Part shown: positions 54,001 through 64,000 of the stretch, in pieces | How positions within the stretch are numbered: position 1 is the first letter of the stretch | Layout of the letters: each line of letters begins with the position of its first letter | DNA from: the human T2T-CHM13v2.0 reference genome, Homo sapiens | Direction: 5' to 3' (one strand) | Length of the DNA: 64,000 nucleotides | Assembly: GCF_009914755.1 (NCBI RefSeq) | Contig: NC_060932.1 | Position numbers and translations under genes: made by a program | The notes under the pieces: generated by a model | Databases searched by the model: none | The model's input: the letters and a program-made list of their open reading frames with translations, nothing else | What the model was told of the DNA's origin: nothing

Positions 54001-55469
54001 AAAGTGGTTCAAGTGACAGAGTAGAGTCTTGGCTAGATAGAGGAGTAAAGTGAATGCCTGAGGATACTGACAAGCTGGAAAACAGGAGGAAAAATAAGTT
54101 AAATGGCCTGAGGATGAAGTCCAGTTGAATTTTAAACCCAAGAAAATGAGAAAGATCGAAAGATTGGTAATTAAAATAAAATCCTCCAGAGAAGACTGCT
54201 GAGTGTGAATCAGCAGCTACTTCTTATATGTAACACCACAGAGAAACATAACAAAAAAAGAAAGCCAGCTAAATGGTCGTGGCCTTGTCATTAGCTAGCA
54301 GTGTATCTTGAAAGAAGGCGCTTAAACTGTGAGCCTTACTGCTATTTGAGGATTACTGACAAATTACCTCTGGTTTCTCCTTTATTCCACTTCCACTGTA
54401 CCCTCTCTCCGACAACACACACATACACACATACACACTCATCATTATAGTAAAGATCAAGAAAGGCAGTAAACAAGAGCAAAGATCTGGAAAGAAGGCA
54501 CATTTTCAAAACTGACATTTGTCTTGTGCATCCTCCCACTTCCCTTTTCCCTCTCCCAGTCCCACCTCTACAAGCCCAAAAACCCCAGCTCTCACTGCTG
54601 GCTCTGCTCCCAGAAAAAGCCCAAAGTGCCATGTTTCTCTTTGACCTTTCTTCCCTCCCTCCCACCTATTAAAACTTCCACTGAGTCTATCTCAGTTTAA
54701 CAAGGGAAAAGGCAAACTGATTATGCCTTTTCATAATGATGCCAGGATGAACAGTAACTCATCTGTGCTTAAACCTCCCAAGTGTGTTTGGCTTAAAAAT
54801 TGAAACGAATCTATTTGGCAAAATTTCAGGCAGAATGGAAAGGGGATAATTTGGGGCAAGGAGATTTTCTTTCTTCCCTGTTTTAAAGTTGTGAGGAAGA
54901 AAAAGAAGTGTTTGTCGTAACTGACAACAGACAACCACCACAGAAAAAACATCCACAGCAGCTCAGAATGCTAGACTGCTACACTTAAGGGTACTTTTTA
55001 GGTGTACAGGCCTGCATAGGATGCTGAAGTGGGGGGCTTATGATAGCAAACATGAGGAAGCAATCTACCCTACTATAACCCTGAAAAAAGTGGTTCAGAA
55101 CCATCTACCACGTCATGGTAATGACTCTCTTTTCTCTTCCCTTTATTACAGAGGCTGCCCCTCACCCTGCCCCCCAGATGCTCCCCTGATAAAAGGAGGT
55201 GGGGAAAAAGGAGGCAGCCATAAAGGCAGCAGCAGGAGTGAACTCTCCATCTTAGTTATTTCCTGTTAGAAGTGGGGAAAGAATCTGCAGCATAGAAGCC
55301 TTAACAGAAGCCTGAGTATAAAGCAAGAAAATAGCTGTAGATAGAATCACATGAAAAAGTGACTATACAGGAAAAGGTGCCATTCAATGAGAAAAGGGGG
55401 AAAAGTATCACTGAAGAAAAGAAACACTCTCTTCCCAAAAAAGGTAGAAATACAATCAAATGTTTCAGA

Positions 55470-55695
55470 GCAGGGATCAGAAAACTTCGGCCCACATGCC
55501 AAATCTAACCAGTCTCCTGTTTTGGTAAATAAAGTTTTATGGGAACACAGCCACACTCATTCATTTATGTGCTGTCTATATGGCTACTTTCACATTATAA
55601 TGGAAGAGCTGAATGACTGCAGCAGAGACCATATAACTTGTAAAGACTAAAATATTTACTATCTGGCCCTTTACAGAAAAAAGGCCCTGCTTTAG
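55470..55695. mobile_element. MER58-type hAT MITE
   Basis: ttggtaaataaagttttatgggaacacagccaca; aaaatatttactatctggccctttacagaaaa. Confidence 0.82.
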
Positions 55696-56205
55696 GAGGT
55701 CAGGGGTAAGAAGGGGACTGAGATGAGGCCATCGGATTTGATAATAAGTGATCTCTGGCAAATATGAAGAAATAATTTAAAAGAAGTTTAAAAGAAACTA
55801 AATGTATTCTAATAAAGTAGAGACAATGAGGATAAGGTATTCTTTCAAACAGCCTCTAGGAACAAAGGAAGACTACATGCAAGTCTGCATGGGGAAATAA
55901 GAAATTTTCTTGATCTCACCAATCTTCCTCCTCTTGGAGTCACTCTCTTTAATCACCAACCAAACAGCTTCCCAAACTAGAAACTGCAGAATTTTGGTAA
56001 GTGATTCTAGCTCCACACTGCTTTCTGTATCCTCAGTTCCAGGTGCAATGCTTAGTATACAAAAGATAATGTTTGTTGAGTAAAACAATTTAAGAGTACA
56101 GAATGTAGAGAGAAAAGATTGAGAAGAGAGAAAAAAATTCTGTCCCCACTTCATACCTGGAAAAACATTCCATGCCACCTCTAATGGCTATGTGGCTTGG
56201 ACTCA

Positions 56206-56692
<487 letters not shown>

Positions 56693-57644
56693 CTATCACC
56701 ATGTGACATACTCATGCCCCCACTGCCTCAGGAAGTAAAAGCTTCCTGAAGCCTCACCAGAAGCCAAGCAGATGCTGGCATCATGCTTGTATGACCTGTA
56801 GAACTGTAGGCCAATTAAACCTCTTTTATTTATAAATTACCCAGCTTCAGGTATTTATTTATAGCAATGCAAAAACAAGCTAACACACACACAGCAAAGC
56901 CTAAGATTTACATCTATGTTTACTACCAAAAATTTTATAGATTTAGCCGTTAAATTTAGGTCTTTGGTGCATTTTGAATTAACATTTTTACAGGGTATGA
57001 GGTTGGAGTCTAATTTCATTTTTGTACATGTGGGTATCTAATTGTGCCAGCACACTATGTTGTTTTAACATCAAATGAGAAAATATATAAGATAATTTGA
57101 TACTACAAATATTTGTGGTTGTTAAAATTCAGGTACTAAGCAAACAGCTCAGTAGAATACTACAACAAACATGTAACCTAATTCTCCTGTCTCTAGTTTC
57201 TCCTTTAATATCTGTTTTATATCTGTGTAAAACACAGTCCAGTAATGCAACAACTCTACATAAAACTAAAGATACCTACTGCTGACAGAATTAGAATTTC
57301 TGGAAATTCTGAGACAGAACTTGCCCCTGATTTTTCCAGTTTATACAAGCTATCCACAATCCTTCGCTCATGGCCTCCTTCCTCTCTTTTCAATTTTCCA
57401 GGCTCATCTCTTACCATTGTTCCCAACCACTTGGTCTGGCTACACAATGTTACTAGACACATCTGATGTGAAGTACTCTTGAAAGACTCTGTAGATTACT
57501 CATGCTAGACTTTTGGCTTTCCTTAACCTGGGGGTTCCCTGAAGCAGAAAGAATTTTATTTATCCCTATATTCAAGAGTCCAGGAGAGTGCCCAACACAA
57601 AGCAGGTGTTTCATAAACACTTGCTAAGTTAAAGGAATACACAG

Positions 57645-57970
57645 GCAGGCATGGTGGCTCACACCTGTAATCCCAGCACTTTGGAAGGCAGAGGTGGGAG
57701 GATCACTTGAGGCCAAGAGTTAGAAACTAGCCTGGGCAAAATAGCGCAACCCTATCTCTACAAAAGTAAAATTTTAAAAATCAGCCAGTCCTAGTGGTAT
57801 GTGCCTATGTTCCCAGCTACTCAGGAGGCTGAGGCAGAAGAACAGCTTGAGGCCAGGAGTTCAAGACAGCAGTGAGCTATGATCACACCACTGCACTCTA
57901 TCCCAGGCAATAGAGGAATATCCTGTCTCCACTCCCCTCCACACTCCAAAAAAAAAAAAAAAAAAAAAAA
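57645..57970 (+). mobile_element. AluJ
   Basis: Diverged dimeric Alu with long A tail. Confidence 0.88.
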
Positions 57971-58869
57971 GGAATGTGCCTATAAATGGAAGACAGTGAC
58001 GAAGGTAAAGGAATAAAGTAGACGAAGGCAACAGGTTTGGAAAACATTAAATCATCTTGTTTGGCAGGAAAAATTGTCTATATAGGGGGATGTTGAGAGA
58101 AGCCTGGAAACCTGGATGGGACAGCAAGAGTAAAGGCCAAGTGAGGAATTTGTACAGTGATAGTTTTTTAGGGTAACTTGATGGATTTTTAGACACAGAT
58201 TATACCAATTCTCTTTTCCCCCAATAAGAGATTTGTGACTTTGGCTAAATTATTTGACTCAGAAAAGACTCAAGTACTTCATACACAAAATTAGACTAAT
58301 CTCTTTAGTATGATAGGCTCAGCTGGTAGGCCCATCACCCTAGACACAGAAGAAAAAAATAATCATGCTATAATAAGGAAGCTTGACAGTCATTTACGAG
58401 AGTTTACCAACTTTTGAGCAGTGAAATCTACTTTCCAAATAAACTCATACATGGAACCCTAGTACAGAAACCTTTTTTAAACCCACAATAATTGAAAGGG
58501 GCATGAAAAAAACTGGAGACCCCACACACCCACCTTCCTTCCTCTCACAAACATTGGTTCATATAATCAAGTGGACTTCAAATCAAATATGGGGAACCCT
58601 AAACACTACTTTAGAACATGGTCAAAAGTTTACTAATCTAGAGGGATCCAGGTAAAGTCATACAACCAAGATTCCCCTTTGTGGCTACTGATTCGAAAAT
58701 AAATGCTAGGGAGGAAACAAAGATAAAAACTAAAGATGGAAAGGAAGGTCCTACTGTAATTTTCCTGACCAGACCAATGGAGGGCATAAACTAGGATGGT
58801 AGTATTAAAAAGACAGAAGCCAAGAAAATATAACATACAGAAACTGTTTTCACTTTGTTTTCCGTATTC

Positions 58870-59410
58870 TTGATGGGAACCATGCTGACCCAGGAGAGAC
58901 TGCCCCTCCCAAGGCTAGCTACTTCTTAGACAGCAAACTACCCCTCCTTGAGTGCTTTTCGCATGCAAACCACTCAATCTAAAACTACCTCCCATCCATC
59001 CCCAGTATTCAGCTCTCACAGAACTCTTATATTCTGGGACTATTAGAATAGTCCCCTGTTCTAATAATCACGCCAGGGCCAGGTATCAAACAACTTGGGG
59101 GCTGCTCTTATATGTGACTATGCCGACATTATTAAAACCAGCCAATTCTAAGCCTCCTTACCCTGCCTCGCCTGTTCCTTCTCACTAAAATCATGATAAA
59201 GGCTCTCCCCCATGATTTCCCTAGCTATTTCTGCCTCCTAAACAACCCTGGTGCTTCCCTATGAGCACTATGTGGCGTGGCATATATGCCACCCTGTCTG
59301 ATGTGCCATGCCCTCTCCACTTAGAAACTGTATCAATCTTTTCAATGGCAGTTGTCTCCTGACGTGTTAGTTTCACCATATTTGAATAATAATATAAACC
59401 ACATTTTAAA
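58870..59410 (+). mobile_element. ERV1 LTR (MER39-like)
   Basis: gagactgcccctcccaaggctagcta; aaaccagccaattctaagcct. Confidence 0.5.
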
Positions 59411-59487
59411 AATAGTTCAGGACCAAGCACCAAACAAACAGCACGTACTTAGAGAATAAAATGTGAAGTATTAAGAATCAGTATTAA

Positions 59488-59760
59488 GGCTGGGCATGGT
59501 GGGTCATGCCTGTAATCCCAGCACTTTGGGAGGCTAAGGCGAGAGGACTGCTTGAGCCCACGTGTTCGAGACCAGCCTGGGCAACACAATGAGACCCCAT
59601 CTCCACAAAAAAATTTTAAAAATTAGCAGGGGTGGTGGCACACGCCTGAAGTTGCAGCTACTTGGGAGGCCAAGGTGGGAGAATCACTTGAGCCTGGGAG
59701 GTCAGGGCTACTGTGAACCCTAATGGCACCAGTGTACTCCAGCCTGGGTGACAGAGAGGA
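59488..59760 (+). mobile_element. AluJ
   Basis: Diverged dimeric Alu whose tail runs into a purine repeat. Confidence 0.88.
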
Positions 59761-59762
59761 AC

Positions 59763-59961
59763 AGAAGAAGAAGGAGAAGGAGAAGGAGAAGGAGAAGGAG
59801 GAGAAGGAGGAGAAGGAGAAGAAGGAGGAGAAGGAGGAGAAGGAGGAGAAGGAGGAGAAGAAGGAGAAGAAGGATAAGGAGAAGGAGAAGAACAAGAAGA
59901 AGAAGAGGAAGAGGAAGAGGAAGAAGAGGAAGAGGAAGAAGAAGAAGAAGAAAGAAAGAAA
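59763..59961. repeat. ~200-bp (GAA/GGA)n homopurine repeat
   Basis: Almost only A/G on the + strand. Confidence 0.97.
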
Positions 59962-60089
59962 CAGTATAAAGATGAGATTTTCTAGTTATGAGAGATGCCA
60001 AAGCAGAATGTTTTAAGAGATAAACCTGACATATAGTAAACATTTCTTTTTTTTTTATTAAAACACATTAACTATAAATATGTTTAACA

Positions 60090-61225
<1,136 letters not shown>

Positions 61226-62618
61226 TTAATATACCAAAGCCTTTCTGAGGGATTTACACTTGTACTGCTCAAAAATCCATAAACCTCGCAAAGAGACAAA
61301 ACTGGATCACTAGTGGTAATATATAAAAATGTAAAAATAAAAATGTAGTCTTCTAAGAAAGATAGAAGGCTTGACAGTAAATGATTAACTACCAAAAGAA
61401 TAAAGTATAAATGAGAGATTGGCGACCATGTGAACTCACCTCAAGAGAATAATAGATACCTACAAATGAACATGTGAAAAACTTTATAATAAAACTATAT
61501 AATTAAGCACAGAGAATAAGACTATCTTGCCAAGATTTGCTAACTTGGCAAACATCCATATTAAACTCAGCTTCCCCAATTCCAGATACAAATGAAATTG
61601 TGAATTTGGCAATTCACTGGAGAGAAAGACTGCATTACAATCTAGGTTCACATTAAAGTTACCTCATTCTTCTCAACTTAGATCTGACGCAGAGGAAAAT
61701 TTTTAACAGATTCTATTGGACATATGCCATACTATAGTCAGTAAAGTTCAACATTAACATTTTAGATGTTAACCTAAATGATTTGTTTTCCTAAAACTAA
61801 ACTGCACTAAAAAAATATGCATTATGAGTATAAAATGAATTATTTTAAATAATATTTTGTCAAAGAAAAAGCAATTTATAACACCAGTCCTTCCCTCGTA
61901 TTTTGATTTCATTCATGTAGTGCCTCACCCACAGCTGAACACATGGTAGCACTCAAGCTGTTCACTGATAAGAGAGAGAATATTCTTTCCTTCAAGGTTT
62001 ATTAAATATAGATATGTCCACCTCAACCTTCCCAGTTATTAAAAAATGCAAATGAAAATTATGTACCCCAAATTTGTATATAAATGTATTAATCATTTAT
62101 TTAATAATTAGTATGTCATAAAGCGTAGTATTAGATACTGAAGACACAAAATAAAAATTACACATGCTGCTATCAATAACTTCATAATGTGGTAGAGAAG
62201 TCATATAAACTATAACAGAAGATGATAACTTGTATGGTCTTGGGGCACACAAGATGCAAAGGAAGCCCAGAAGAAAAGTTCCCAAGATAGAATGTGTAGA
62301 AAAAAGATGGGAGAAAATGCAGGCATAAAGTAACACTTAGAAGAAGGCAGAGGTAAACCTAACACTACCTACAAATGATAGTATGGCTAAAGGAAAGGAA
62401 ATATCACATGAATAAAGATGTATGCAGAGCCCAAGGTCTTACATGACACCCTTAAAAATTTGGCTATTAATGGGGAGGATCTTAAGTAAGACAGTAATAT
62501 GAGTTGTGTTTCATTTAAGATGATCAATCTAGCAGCATCATGAAGTTTACTTTAGAGAGGAGATTGAGACTGCAGATTATTAAATCAGTTGGTACTGATC
62601 CAGAAGAAGGTAGAACGA

Positions 62619-63153
62619 TGGCGGTGGCGTTGGCTTTGCCAGCTCAGGACTGAGTGCAAGTAACAGAGAATCAGCCAGATTCTCCAGAGGCTCTTCAGGT
62701 TCTCCTCTGTCTTTCAGTCAGCAGTCTCAGTCCATTTGCGGAGGAACATTGGTGTTACAGCAGTGGCGTTTAATAAGGAACTTGATCCTGTACAGAAACT
62801 CTTTATGTACAAGGTTAGAGAATACAAATCTAAGTGACAGACATCTGGAGGATCTGTTGATACTGATCCAGAGTACCAGCAAGAGCCAGAGAAGAAGCTT
62901 TTTAAGCTCAAGCAAGTGTATGGTAAAGCAGACATGAATACATTCCCTAACTTCAAATTTGAAGATCCCAAACTTGAAGTCATCAAAAAACCCCAGGCCT
63001 GAAGAAATAAAGTAAAATTAACCTGGTAAGTTGTCAAGGGTTAGCTGTACAACTAGCTAGAAGTTTCAGAATAAACATACATTCACAACTGTCAAATGTT
63101 CTTTTAATCTCGATTCCAAATAAATTAGTTGGTGATGTGGAGTATTAAAAAAA
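62619..63153 (+). pseudogene. ATP5PF (ATP5J, ATP synthase coupling factor 6) processed pseudogene
   Basis: Intronless frame 62676-63002 (108 codons plus stop): xILQRLFRFSSVFQSAVSVHLRRNIGVTAVAFNKELDPVQKLF...FEDPKLEVIKKPQA; start codon reads CAG; TGA at codon 54 (62835-62837); AATAAA 63119-63124; A remnant 63147-63153. Confidence 0.93.
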
Positions 63154-63340
63154 TCTGGAAGGAAAAATAAAGATGTGGACGAAAAGAAGGGGATATTACT
63201 TGAGAGATATTAAGAAAGTTACAGAGATGGGAACTGGTGAATAATGAAAACTTGAATCAGCTCAGTGGCAGTGGAGCTGGACAGGAAGGAGGGAAGGAAA
63301 CATCAACAGGACCTGGTGACTGATTAAAGGCAGAAGATTG

Positions 63341-63712
<372 letters not shown>

Positions 63713-64000
63713 TCAAATACATAGTTGGTTCAAATATAAAGGGAGAAACAAGCCTGATGAAAAAACAGTGAAAACAACTTGGAGATATTGGATTTGAATT
63801 ATCTCAAAATAGTAAAGAAAATTATATAAGCAGATTACTAGAAATATGTCTAGAATTCAAGACAGAGATAAAAGCTGGAGGAAAGCCAGGGAATGGAGAC
63901 AGCAGTGTTCTCTACTGCTGTCTTAACCCTTTCTTTCAGAGCCACATATAAAAGCAGTTCACTGGCACCTCTGCTTCCTGGGTCCAAGTGATTCTCCCAC

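Noticed and set aside
59623-60043. Poly-L, poly-R, E/K-rich and S/F-rich ORFs
   Set aside because: Artefacts of the stop-free GAA/GGA repeat.
62593-62872. tactgatccaga repeated before and inside the ATP5PF pseudogene
   Set aside because: The second copy is internal, so it is not a TSD; no convincing TSD was found for this pseudogene.

Overview
Human genomic DNA inside the STK3 (MST2, Hippo kinase) gene, which runs on the minus strand. The species call rests on an AluYa5, L1PA2/3 elements and exon peptides matching human MST2 as I recall it. Two phase-0 coding exons are present (25160-25297 and 8788-8913, probably exons 7 and 8). The rest is repeat-rich intron: many Alus, MaLR/ERV LTRs, DNA transposon fossils, old L1M/L2, an ATP5PF processed pseudogene and two full-length L1s in head-to-head inverted orientation flanking exon 7. 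The main finding is that 12231-19796 is one L1-type retro-insertion (15-bp TSD, TTTT/AA site, AATAAA plus poly(A)) of a doubly spliced HERV-H/LTR7 chimeric transcript, with a full-length sense L1 inside its non-viral terminal exon. Other findings: the two L1s share at least 7 apparently non-consensus variants despite different subfamily-type ends, suggesting gene conversion; the L1PA2 carries micro-transductions that predict its source element's TSD; a ~620-bp inversion splits an Alu; and the AluYa5 carries a templated-insertion scar. Repeat subfamily names and consensus comparisons are from memory and need RepeatMasker/Dfam confirmation.
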